UHGV virus genome: UHGV-0190739
Direction: 5' to 3' (one strand)
Source: a virus
Length of the DNA stretch: 39,191 nucleotides
Part shown: piece after piece, positions 26,847 through 34,783 of the stretch
How the letters are laid out: every line of letters starts with the position of its first letter
Position numbering within the stretch: the stretch's first letter is position 1
The notes under the pieces: generated by a model
The model's database searches: none
Seen by the model: the letters and a program-made list of their open reading frames with translations, nothing else
Told to the model about the DNA's origin: nothing
Made by a program: the position numbers and the translations under genes

Positions 26847-27002
26847 GGGCGACCACAGTAGTATAATATGCACAAAAGATCTGCCGAAATTTGGGCATTT
26901 TGCCACTAGACTTAGGGCGACCACAGTAGTACAATAAGAGCATAACAAGGGTGACCACAGTTGCACAACAAGAACATAACAAAGTGACGGAGGTAGTACA
27001 AA
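26847..27002 (+). promoter_or_regulatory. Sigma-A-like promoter with four phased operator-like repeats
   Basis: TAGACT(26907)-17 bp-TACAAT(26930); GGGYGACCACAGTWGYAYAA at 26847, 26915, 26949 and a degenerate copy at 26982. Confidence 0.65.
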
Positions 27003-27407
27003 ATGAAAAAATATAATTTATCCGAGATCATGAAAAGAGCATGGGAACTGGTTAAAAAAGCAGGGGCTACAATCTCCGCCGCTTTGAAAGAAGCATGGAA
27101 GGAGGCCAAGAATATGGCTGAAAAAATCGAGAACGCTGTTATTGATACCTTTGCATCTTACAACACACGGCGGTATAGCCTCCCTTGGGTATGCAAAATG
27201 GATGAGCACGGCAAATACAACTTTAACGAAAAGATCGGAACATACTCTGCCACTCATGGAGAGGAAGGCGAGCTGGTAGTGTTCCGCCCGGAAATCGGAC
27301 AGGTTTATGGCTACGGCCAGAAGGACTACCGCGGAAAATCCTATATCCGTTTTGCAAAATGGGACGGGACAAAATTCGTGGACTGTGACAAGCTGGGAAC
27401 AATCTAA
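27003..27407 (+). CDS. Hypothetical protein (accessory island)
   Basis: RBS GGAGG; MKKYNLSEIMKRAWELVKK..ALKEAWKEAK helical N-terminus common in Firmicutes phage proteins. Confidence 0.8.
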   Translation: MKKYNLSEIMKRAWELVKKAGATISAALKEAWKEAKNMAEKIENAVIDTFASYNTRRYSLPWVCKMDEHGKYNFNEKIGTYSATHGEEGELVVFRPEIGQVYGYGQKDYRGKSYIRFAKWDGTKFVDCDKLGTI

Positions 27408-27418
27408 GGAGAGTGCAA

Positions 27419-27637
27419 ATGACCAATTTAAAAAGGCTCCGTGAGGAGAAGGGGTTTACCCAACAACGCCTGGCGCAAGCGGCGAATGTCAGCATAGGAT
27501 CTATCAAATCCTATGAGCAAGGGCGCAGAAACATCAATCTCGCCAGCGCCGAATTTGTTTATCGGCTGTCCATAGTGCTTGGCTGCCGAATCGAAGATTT
27601 GATTGAAAAAGAAAATGCTAAGGAGGAACAAGCATGA
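27419..27637 (+). CDS. XRE-family helix-turn-helix regulator
   Basis: LKRLREEKGFTQQRLAQAANVSIGSIKSYEQGRR...LGCRIEDLI. Confidence 0.9.
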   Translation: MTNLKRLREEKGFTQQRLAQAANVSIGSIKSYEQGRRNINLASAEFVYRLSIVLGCRIEDLIEKENAKEEQA

Positions 27638-27933
27638 AAATTAACGGAATTGGAACAGTAAAAAAAGAAGAGGCCATGAAAATCTTAACTGCCGAAGGGA
27701 AAAGAGCCGTCAAAGCTGGAGAAATCTCCACGGAAGATCTGGGAGAAATGTACAAGCTTGAGATGGTCAAAAGAGCCAGCCGAATCGGAAGAAGCCAAGA
27801 ACTTTTCCGGGTCAATTATGATCGGATCCCGAAAGATATCACTGATAAATTAAGTCCGGAAGATATCGCAAGCCTGGTAGATGCTTTTTATCAGTGCTAT
27901 GGGGACGGAAAGACTGAAGGGGAAAGCCGTTAA
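27634..27933 (+). CDS. Hypothetical protein (99 aa)
   Basis: RBS AAGGAGG; ATGA overlap with the XRE gene. Confidence 0.8.
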   Translation: MKINGIGTVKKEEAMKILTAEGKRAVKAGEISTEDLGEMYKLEMVKRASRIGRSQELFRVNYDRIPKDITDKLSPEDIASLVDAFYQCYGDGKTEGESR

Positions 27934-28043
27934 GGCATCCCCCCTCCTAGTCCTGTCACTGTTGCGTTAACATTAATATTTCGATCCGTGGCCGCCGGGA
28001 TTGCTGGCAGCTCCAGAACAGCAGCGCATCCGCTGCGTCTGAC
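27916..28043 (-). ncRNA. Putative structured small RNA, copy 1
   Basis: TTGACT(28078-28073)-17-TACAAT promoter; multi-hairpin fold closed by GUCA/UGAC; 3' G-rich/C-rich stem; near-identical second copy. Confidence 0.6.
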
Positions 28044-28095
28044 AATTACATTGTATTTAAAATCTTAAAGAAAGTCAACAAAAAGGAGAAGAATA

Positions 28096-28311
28096 GTGAG
28101 AGATTATGTTATTATAAACGGAATAAAATACGAATACTTCGAAACGGACGGCATTATCAAAGCGTCAAAAGATGGAGATCCCCTTGGGATAATATCTGTA
28201 AACGAGGGTGATTGGGAATTAATCCTAAACGGAGCTGATCCCATCAAGGATGGATGGGAAGATGGGCTGGGGAATTCCCTTTCTTACGATGGATGGGGAA
28301 GTGATTTTTGA
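28096..28311 (+). CDS. Small acidic hypothetical protein
   Basis: RBS AAGGAG, GTG start; GADPIKDGWEDGLG. Confidence 0.7.
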   Translation: MRDYVIINGIKYEYFETDGIIKASKDGDPLGIISVNEGDWELILNGADPIKDGWEDGLGNSLSYDGWGSDF

Positions 28312-28943
28312 TGAAAAAAGCTCAAAAAGTATGTCAAGTATGCGGGAAATCTTTTTACGGATCACAGGATAGATTTTATTGCCCAACCTGCGCGAAGGAG
28401 AAAAAAATGGATGCGGTTATAAAAACTCGCATTTGTCAGGATTGCGGAACCGAATTTTCCGGAGGCCCACGGGCGAAAAGATGCCCGAGCTGTGCTGAAA
28501 AAGCCCGATACGAAACTAACAAACGTCATAGAGCCAAAGGGACAAACAGGCCGATGGGAAGTATAGATAAATGCCAATGGTGTGGACAAGAATATACAGT
28601 TGCTTCGGGCAGGCAAAAATACTGTTCGGGGAAGTGCCAGAGACTGGCGGTACTTGCATGGCAAAGAGATCATAAAAAAGGCTATAATAAATCATCTGGA
28701 CAGGAAGCCAAGAAACAACATAGGCGGGATGATGCAAAAAGAATATGCATATATTGCGGACAGGCTTTTTCGAGCAAAACGTCTACAAATCTATGCTCCG
28801 ATTATTGCAGATCAGAACATAAAAAGATCTTACAGTGTGTTGCAGATATTAACCGCGGGCGCAATCGAGACCTACAAAAATACCAAAAAAAACAAGAGGA
28901 ATTTAGGGAGATGAAGCGAAAGGAAGCGAATGCTATCCGATAA
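28311..28943 (+). CDS. Multi-zinc-finger protein
   Basis: Eight CxxC/CxxxC pairs in four repeats (e.g. CQVCG..YCPTC, CQWCG..YCSGKC); TGATG coupling to the upstream gene. Confidence 0.8.
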   Translation: MKKAQKVCQVCGKSFYGSQDRFYCPTCAKEKKMDAVIKTRICQDCGTEFSGGPRAKRCPSCAEKARYETNKRHRAKGTNRPMGSIDKCQWCGQEYTVASGRQKYCSGKCQRLAVLAWQRDHKKGYNKSSGQEAKKQHRRDDAKRICIYCGQAFSSKTSTNLCSDYCRSEHKKILQCVADINRGRNRDLQKYQKKQEEFREMKRKEANAIR

Positions 28944-29036
28944 ATGGTCAAGAAACCAGCCGGATCAGAAAAATCACAAGTCTGGTAGACGCTTTCTTCC
29001 TGAATTGGAGGACGGAAAGAAGGGGGAAGTCGTTAA
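28944..29036 (+). pseudogene. Internally deleted remnant of the 27634-27933 gene
   Basis: ATGGTCAAGAAACCAGCCGGATCAGAA vs ATGGTCAAAAGAGCCAGCCGAATCGGAA; ITSLVDAF vs IASLVDAF; same GACGGAAAGA..CGTTAA end. Confidence 0.65.
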
Positions 29037-29146
29037 GGCATCCCCCCTCCTAGTCCTGTCACTGTTGCGTTAACATTAATATTTCAATCCGCGGCCGCCG
29101 GGATTGCTGGCAGTTCCAGAACAGCAGCGCATCCGCTGCGTCTGAC
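29016..29146 (-). ncRNA. Putative structured small RNA, copy 2
   Basis: TTGACT(29181-29176)-17-TATAAT promoter; same fold as copy 1. Confidence 0.6.
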
Positions 29147-29200
29147 AATTATATTATATGCAGAGCACTAACAAAAGTCAATAAAAATTAGAATAAATAA

Positions 29201-29230
29201 GGGAAAAGGCGTCAGATAGCCGCCTTATTC
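29201..29230 (-). terminator. Terminator of the early/middle operon
   Basis: AAGGCG-N9-CGCCTT hairpin just after the stop at 29234. Confidence 0.5.
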
Positions 29231-29233
29231 GTT

Positions 29234-29542
29234 TTAACTTACCTCCTCTTCCCTTATTTCTGTCCGTACCTCTTTGACCCTGTATTTGTATACTCTTCCG
29301 TCCGATCCGTCCAGTATCTGCCCTTCTATGTATTTTCCATTCACGTTCCCGATGTCTTCCATCGTTAAATCTAATTCTCCTCCCTGTTTTAATACAGCAG
29401 CACTCAATACCAGCTCCAGCAACTCTTTCTGGGCTTTTTCTTTTTCACACTCCCGCTTCCATACGTTCCGTAAATGTTCTGCTGCCTTTACTTTCTTCTC
29501 CAGGCGTTCCTTTTCTTTTCTCAGGTCCTTTACAATTCCCAT
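29234..29542 (-). CDS. Hypothetical coiled-coil protein
   Basis: ORF track; tight operon packing. Confidence 0.7.
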   Translation of the reverse strand: MGIVKDLRKEKERLEKKVKAAEHLRNVWKRECEKEKAQKELLELVLSAAVLKQGGELDLTMEDIGNVNGKYIEGQILDGSDGRVYKYRVKEVRTEIREEEVS

Positions 29543-29543
29543 T

Positions 29544-29795
29544 TTAACACTCCCTGTATTTGTTGTTGTAGATCACCTCGTAGTAGGGACAATTCTGACA
29601 GATTTTCGCATCCATGCAAAACAGCTCCATAAAATCCAGACGCTGCTTCTGGTTTGCAAAAAAGAGCTTGTTTTTTACATTGAATCCCATATTGGTCTTG
29701 ATCCTCTCACAGGTTATGGTGATGTTATTCCCGGTCCCGCTGTTATGAGCCACGTAAAATGGGCACTGGATCCTGTTTGCGATATTATCATTCAT
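29544..29795 (-). CDS. Small Cys-rich protein (candidate late regulator)
   Basis: QCPFY, ITCE, FC...CQNCPYY; near the end of the middle operon. Confidence 0.65.
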   Translation of the reverse strand: MNDNIANRIQCPFYVAHNSGTGNNITITCERIKTNMGFNVKNKLFFANQKQRLDFMELFCMDAKICQNCPYYEVIYNNKYREC

Positions 29796-29813
29796 GTCCC
29801 TACCTCTATCTCT

Positions 29814-30278
29814 CTATCTTATTCCATGCCATGCGGTCTGCAGGAGGAATCCCAGAAGCTCCCATATCTTGTCCTTGATCTTCTCCATACAGATTTTCCG
29901 GCCCAGCTCCTCGGAATAGTTCCGCGGATCCACGCATGCGCTTGATTCCACGATCTCAAATCCGTTCCGGAGCACACATCGGACCACCGTGGTCCGGTCC
30001 CCCATCGTGATCGTCTCTGTGTACGCGACAAATTCATCCACCATCCGCTGGCCGATTGATATTCCGGATGGAAGATCCTTATTATCGTCCACCTCCATAT
30101 AGGCCTGCTCAAAAACATGTTTGGGCGACCAGCTTACATACCCATCCGGATACCGGACAAAATATCCCGGTCCCGCCGGATCCTCATCCTCCGGAATGGT
30201 CCATCCACGGTACTCATTATATGCACCTCTGGTCATGGGCTCCGCTTTCAGTAATTTGCATCCTATGTACTTTTTCAT
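29814..30278 (-). CDS. Two-domain protein: DUF2829-associated N-terminal domain + Phage_gp49_66-like domain
   Basis: MKKYIG.K...AEPMTRG.YN..RGW..GY.VRYPDGYVSWSPK.VFE.AY, then TTVVRCVLRNGFEIVESSACVDPRNYSEELGRKIC..KIWELLGFLL. Confidence 0.75.
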   Translation of the reverse strand: MKKYIGCKLLKAEPMTRGAYNEYRGWTIPEDEDPAGPGYFVRYPDGYVSWSPKHVFEQAYMEVDDNKDLPSGISIGQRMVDEFVAYTETITMGDRTTVVRCVLRNGFEIVESSACVDPRNYSEELGRKICMEKIKDKIWELLGFLLQTAWHGIR

Positions 30279-30383
30279 GTTATTTCCCTCTCTTTATCCT
30301 TTTTTTCTTTTTCCTGCTGCCCGCAAACCTTCCGGATCCTCCGGCCGGTTTGCCATAAATAAATATGTTAAAGTTTGTCCGGC

Positions 30384-30602
30384 TCATTCCCCCAGTACCT
30401 CCTTTATTTTTCTTTCAATAGGATTTACAATCTGCCTTACAACACTCTCCTCATACTCCTCCCTCCACAGCTTTTCTCTCTTCCAAAACGGTGCACTTGA
30501 TATTATTTCTATTATCGCTATGCTGGCCTTAGCTTCTGCCAATCCCCAGCAGCCATCACAAGCCCTCTGCTCGCACCATGACTTAAATTCCCTGAACCTC
30601 AT
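30384..30602 (-). CDS. Hypothetical protein
   Basis: MRFREFKSWCEQRACDGCWG; overlaps the upstream stop. Confidence 0.65.
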   Translation of the reverse strand: MRFREFKSWCEQRACDGCWGLAEAKASIAIIEIISSAPFWKREKLWREEYEESVVRQIVNPIERKIKEVLGE

Positions 30603-30963
30603 TCGCCCACCACCTAATCTTCTGCCCACACTTTTCGCAGCTTCTTCGTTTCCTCTGATCATGATTTCTCCCCCTCAAAATGACTCTTTCTCCCACTATT
30701 GCACTGCAATTCGGACACCTCCACCAGTTATTGCGCTGTTCCTGTGCCTCTCCATGTCCGTCTTCATTGTCTACAAATACTATACTGCGCTCATTCATAT
30801 GCAACACGGGTGCTTTTGCTGTTCTTAATTCTACCAGTTTGCCTACCTGTACCGGATCCAGGCCAATATCCTCATAGGCTGCCAGCCTACTCATGGCCTC
30901 AGACAGCCGATCCTTATTCTTGATCACCGCTACTCCGCAGTGATATTCCGTTAATCGTTCCAT
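30583..30963 (-). CDS. Hypothetical protein with C-terminal zinc ribbon
   Basis: MERLT..RLAAYEDIGL..; CPNC...CEKCGQKI. Confidence 0.75.
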   Translation of the reverse strand: MERLTEYHCGVAVIKNKDRLSEAMSRLAAYEDIGLDPVQVGKLVELRTAKAPVLHMNERSIVFVDNEDGHGEAQEQRNNWWRCPNCSAIVGERVILRGRNHDQRKRRSCEKCGQKIRWWANEVQGI

Positions 30964-31197
30964 TTATATTTCTCCTTTCATTCTTTTTCTGAATACGCAT
31001 CCTGTACACATCTTCCCGTCAAACATATCCTCTGTGTACCCCTGCGGCAGAGGACGGTCCCAACATTCACAGCCGCATTCTGGACAGCGTACCAGTTTCC
31101 AGCTTTTATCCACCGAATCGTTTACGTTTATCCGCATCGGCATCATAATATATCCGCCCCTGTCTGACTGTTTTCTTGGTTCGATTTTGACATTCAT
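30964..31197 (-). CDS. Small Cys-rich hypothetical protein
   Basis: CPECGCECW..CTGC. Confidence 0.7.
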   Translation of the reverse strand: MNVKIEPRKQSDRGGYIMMPMRINVNDSVDKSWKLVRCPECGCECWDRPLPQGYTEDMFDGKMCTGCVFRKRMKGEI

Positions 31198-31200
31198 TTC

Positions 31201-31518
31201 TTACTCCTTTCCTTTAAGGCTTCTGCTGCCTCCTTCCAGATAATTCCTCCCGAAAATCTGCCGGAAATCTTTTCCTGGATATGTCTGCTCAAATGCCTGC
31301 TGCCCGATCTTCTGCAGCTTCCGCATCTTTTCCCGGTTATGGTGGACGCCCTCCCGGGAATCCTGATGATCCATCCAGCACAGATGCACGGTCAGACCAT
31401 ATTTTTCTGACAGCTTCCGGTTTGGCCCGCCAAAAATATGATGCCTCTCCAGATATCCCCGGGACCCGCAAAGGTAACATTCCTCTGCGGGATTCTGCTC
31501 CACTACACTTTTCTTCAT
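31201..31518 (-). CDS. HNH-like zinc-binding nuclease
   Basis: CYLCG..LERHHIFGG.NR..SEKYGLTVHLC..H..GVH..FGRNYL. Confidence 0.7.
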   Translation of the reverse strand: MKKSVVEQNPAEECYLCGSRGYLERHHIFGGPNRKLSEKYGLTVHLCWMDHQDSREGVHHNREKMRKLQKIGQQAFEQTYPGKDFRQIFGRNYLEGGSRSLKGKE

Positions 31519-31519
31519 T

Positions 31520-32674
31520 TTATTTCACCTCGATCCCCTCTATGGTGATCCTTACCTCATGGATCGCATCCCGGTTGCCCTGCAGGTAGGCATATGCTCC
31601 GGCGCACAGCCGCTCGATGTATTTCCGCTTCTCGTTTCTGATCCTCTCCTGCTCGCTGGCCAGGACCTCACTTCCATCATGCGCTACCACATAATCGTCC
31701 GGCAGCACCTCCGGGAAGTCCCCGATCTCCATCTGGCAGCCATCTCCATCTGGCATCGTATCCGGTGCTTCCGCTGCCTTCTCCTGCGTCTTCTCATTGG
31801 CTTTTTTCTGCTCTTTTTCTGGCTTTTTCGGTTCTTTTGCTTTGACGACCCGGACCGGTTTCTTTTCTGCCTTCTTTTTCTCCGGTTGCACCGGTGCAAC
31901 TGGCTCTTCTTCCGGCTTTTCCAGATAGATCTCCAGTTCCTCCAGTAGGTAGGACCACGGATACATCTCCTTTTCCTGGTTCCGGACGTTTATCAACGCA
32001 ATCTCCCGGTCAATTCCCTTGATGGATATCATCATCCTTCCGGTTCCAGGGATCCTGACCGTATAGATGGATTCTCCTGCCGGCGCCAGGGCCTCCTGGA
32101 CTGCCTCCATCTGCCGCTCCTCTTTCAGGGCCTTCCGGATCTTGAGCCGCAGATACACGTCCCCATCCAGCATCAGACGGACTACCTGGACAAACACCGG
32201 GGCTGTCTCTTCCGGTCCCTCTGCCTGCTCCGCAAGTACCTCCAGGTCTGATACCTGCTTTTCTGCCTCGATCTCATCCTTCACGGCCTGGATCTCCGCC
32301 TTGCTGTACTTCGGGGACAATTCCTCGATCACCGTGTCCGGAAGCGTCAGCATCAAGGCCAGTTTTGCATAGCCAAATCCCTGGTACTCCGCGCGGAGCT
32401 TCGTCGGGTCCTCCCTGTCCGCAAACTCCGTATGGATATTGATAAACCTGGATACCTGTGACTTATCCATGCCGTATTCGGCCCTGGCAAATTCCAGATA
32501 GTCCGTGTATCCGGATTCTTTCAGGATCTCCGTATCCCTGGCCAGTTTGAACAGATATCCGATCCGCACAAAGCTCTCCGCTGCGCGGCCCATTTCCGCA
32601 TCCATGGCTACCTTAAGATCCCGGTATGACACACATGGGTTTCCCATTTCTTTTTTTAAATCAAACTCCTCCAT
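31520..32674 (-). CDS. DUF3102/ParB-HTH-like DNA-binding protein
   Basis: FVRIGYLFK..RD......GY....EFARAEYGMDKSQVSRFINI..F; contains palindrome copy 4. Confidence 0.6.
   Translation of the reverse strand: MEEFDLKKEMGNPCVSYRDLKVAMDAEMGRAAESFVRIGYLFKLARDTEILKESGYTDYLEFARAEYGMDKSQVSRFINIHTEFADREDPTKLRAEYQGFGYAKLALMLTLPDTVIEELSPKYSKAEIQAVKDEIEAEKQVSDLEVLAEQAEGPEETAPVFVQVVRLMLDGDVYLRLKIRKALKEERQMEAVQEALAPAGESIYTVRIPGTGRMMISIKGIDREIALINVRNQEKEMYPWSYLLEELEIYLEKPEEEPVAPVQPEKKKAEKKPVRVVKAKEPKKPEKEQKKANEKTQEKAAEAPDTMPDGDGCQMEIGDFPEVLPDDYVVAHDGSEVLASEQERIRNEKRKYIERLCAGAYAYLQGNRDAIHEVRITIEGIEVK
31885..31900. repeat. Palindrome GTTGCACCGGTGCAAC, copy 4 (in-gene, read as VAPVQ)
   Basis: Read directly. 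Confidence 0.95.
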
Positions 32675-34783
32675 CTACACCGCCTCCATAAAATCTTCCA
32701 TCAGGGCTTTCAGTACCCTGGTATTTCCCTTCTTCCTCAGTTCCTCCAGGTTCTTTTCCCGCTTTTCTGCGCTTGCCTTCTGGGCTTCCAGGTCGCTCGC
32801 CTTCAGTTTCTTTTTCACATGCTTCTGCCATTCCTTTAAAAATGGCCGGATCTCTTCAATCCCGGTTTCCTCGTCCAGATATGTCCGGCTCTGCCGCACA
32901 GTCCCATTCGGCTCCACTTCGATCGTGTAATACGGGATCTGCGGCTCATCCACACGGCGCAGAAAGCATATACATGTTTCCCGGCTCATCAGCCGCTCAA
33001 AGTACCGTTCGGAGGCTCCGGCACAGTGATGCAGGGCATTCCCCTCCCGCACGATATCCAGCAGTGTTTCCGGGACCATCACCATGTACTTCTCGCCCTG
33101 GTAAGTATACTTCTCCCGGACTTCCGCAAGTGCTTCTTCTGCCCCAGGGAATTTCTCGTTCATCTGGGCCGCATATTCTGCTGCCTTCTCCGGATCCTTG
33201 TCCAGATCCTTTAGAATCTGCGCTTTCTGCCTGTATGCAATCAGCTCATCATGTCTCCGTTTTAATTCTTTTGGACGGTACACCATCGGATCCGCCAGAT
33301 CCTTCTGGGCTGCCTGGCTCATGGATATGTAGTCTGCATACTGTTCCAGGATCTCCTTGTACCCCAATGATGGATACGATTCCTCCTTCTGGCGGATCAG
33401 ATAATTCATGACCTGCTGCGGCCGCATCAAGTCCCGGATAAACTCGATATCTCTCGGACTGATCTTATATGCACACATCCACTTCAAGGTTTCCTGGCTG
33501 ATCTTCTCCCCGCTCTCCTCTTCCTCCTGGAGCCACCGGAGTTCTTTTTCTCCTCCATCCATATTTCGGATCCGGTTGATCCGCTGCCAGCTTTCCAGAC
33601 CGAATATCTCATGGATATCTTCTCCAAATGGATTTAGGCCTCTCCCCAGGTAATTTCCGTTATATCCGGATATATTGTCCATCATATCCTTTACCAGGCG
33701 ATAAAACCGCCCTTTGTAGAGATATTCCAGCGGGCCTGCATAATCTTTCGACCACCGCATGATCATGTTATAGTCTGCCAGAAATCCGTCGGCCGCCATT
33801 CGCTCAAAGATCCTGCTGCAGTCACTGCACTTGGTCCCTTCCAATGCCTCTGATATGCCTTTGTCATATAAATAACATGTTGTTATGTGCCGGCCTTCCG
33901 GATTCTGGTCCCACCAGTCCTCATACCGGTACATATTGGCAATCTGGTAATAGATTCTGCAGTTCTTCGCGGGATCCCGGTACAGGATCAGCCGTACCTG
34001 TTCGTCCATAAAGGATGTTATCTTACTTCCCTTCTGCTGTAACTCGGCTATAAAGTGCCTTGCCACGCTCTTTTCTCCGTCTATCTTCTGGAGCACATGG
34101 ATGCGGCATTTTTTCCAGACCTCCTGGGTCCTGGTCTTGGCCGTCAGCCGCTTCCCGCAGGCCGGGCATACCAGGATATCGTTATGTCGGATCTTTTTTC
34201 CTCCATCCTCTCTGTACAGCTCTGCCTTTTCGGCACAGCATGTCTTTCCCAGCAGCTCTCCTTTTTTATAAAATGCGTAATATCCATCCGGATCCAGGAG
34301 CCGGTGCAGCCAGCTCCCGTCTTCAAGTTCTTTTGGCAGATCCGGAACCTGTGCCATCAGTTCTTCAATCCGCCGCACCCGGTTATAATGTGCCCGCTGC
34401 TTTTTATCCCTGGAGTATTCATCCTCCTTCCATTGGATCTCCCGTAACAGAGACGATTTGTTTTGTTTTAAATCCATGGCATTTACGATAACAGGCTTAA
34501 ATTTGCTGTCGATATGCGTATCTGGCAAAATCCCGCAATAATACCAGTTTTTTCTTTCATTCAGCATCGTTTCCAGTTTGTCCCTGGTCCACGCTCCCGT
34601 TTCCGGATCATAGGTCGCATACTCTCCAGATGTACAGTTCAGGCAATGACGCCCCTTCCATTTTTCTTTTTTAAACCAGTCCAGGATCAGGATATCTCCT
34701 GCCTTCTGGGCTGTGATCTGGCTTTCCCAATTCGCTTCCTCCGGCCATATTGTTTTCTGCTGCATGACCAGCTTTCTCTTCAT
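32675..34783 (-). CDS. PcfJ-like protein
   Basis: YADYISM, PKELKRRHD, EGNALHHCAG, ICFLRR...PYYTIEV; start MKRKLV at 34783. Confidence 0.85.
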   Translation of the reverse strand: MKRKLVMQQKTIWPEEANWESQITAQKAGDILILDWFKKEKWKGRHCLNCTSGEYATYDPETGAWTRDKLETMLNERKNWYYCGILPDTHIDSKFKPVIVNAMDLKQNKSSLLREIQWKEDEYSRDKKQRAHYNRVRRIEELMAQVPDLPKELEDGSWLHRLLDPDGYYAFYKKGELLGKTCCAEKAELYREDGGKKIRHNDILVCPACGKRLTAKTRTQEVWKKCRIHVLQKIDGEKSVARHFIAELQQKGSKITSFMDEQVRLILYRDPAKNCRIYYQIANMYRYEDWWDQNPEGRHITTCYLYDKGISEALEGTKCSDCSRIFERMAADGFLADYNMIMRWSKDYAGPLEYLYKGRFYRLVKDMMDNISGYNGNYLGRGLNPFGEDIHEIFGLESWQRINRIRNMDGGEKELRWLQEEEESGEKISQETLKWMCAYKISPRDIEFIRDLMRPQQVMNYLIRQKEESYPSLGYKEILEQYADYISMSQAAQKDLADPMVYRPKELKRRHDELIAYRQKAQILKDLDKDPEKAAEYAAQMNEKFPGAEEALAEVREKYTYQGEKYMVMVPETLLDIVREGNALHHCAGASERYFERLMSRETCICFLRRVDEPQIPYYTIEVEPNGTVRQSRTYLDEETGIEEIRPFLKEWQKHVKKKLKASDLEAQKASAEKREKNLEELRKKGNTRVLKALMEDFMEAV

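Noticed and set aside
26847..27002. Mini-CRISPR array
   Set aside because: Intervening sequences are only ~12 bp and similar to each other, repeats overlap promoter and RBS, and there are no cas genes; better explained as operators
27916..28043. Hammerhead ribozyme or tRNA identity for the duplicated RNA
   Set aside because: A stem followed by GAAA is present but there is no CUGANGA core; no T-loop GTTCRA or proper acceptor stem
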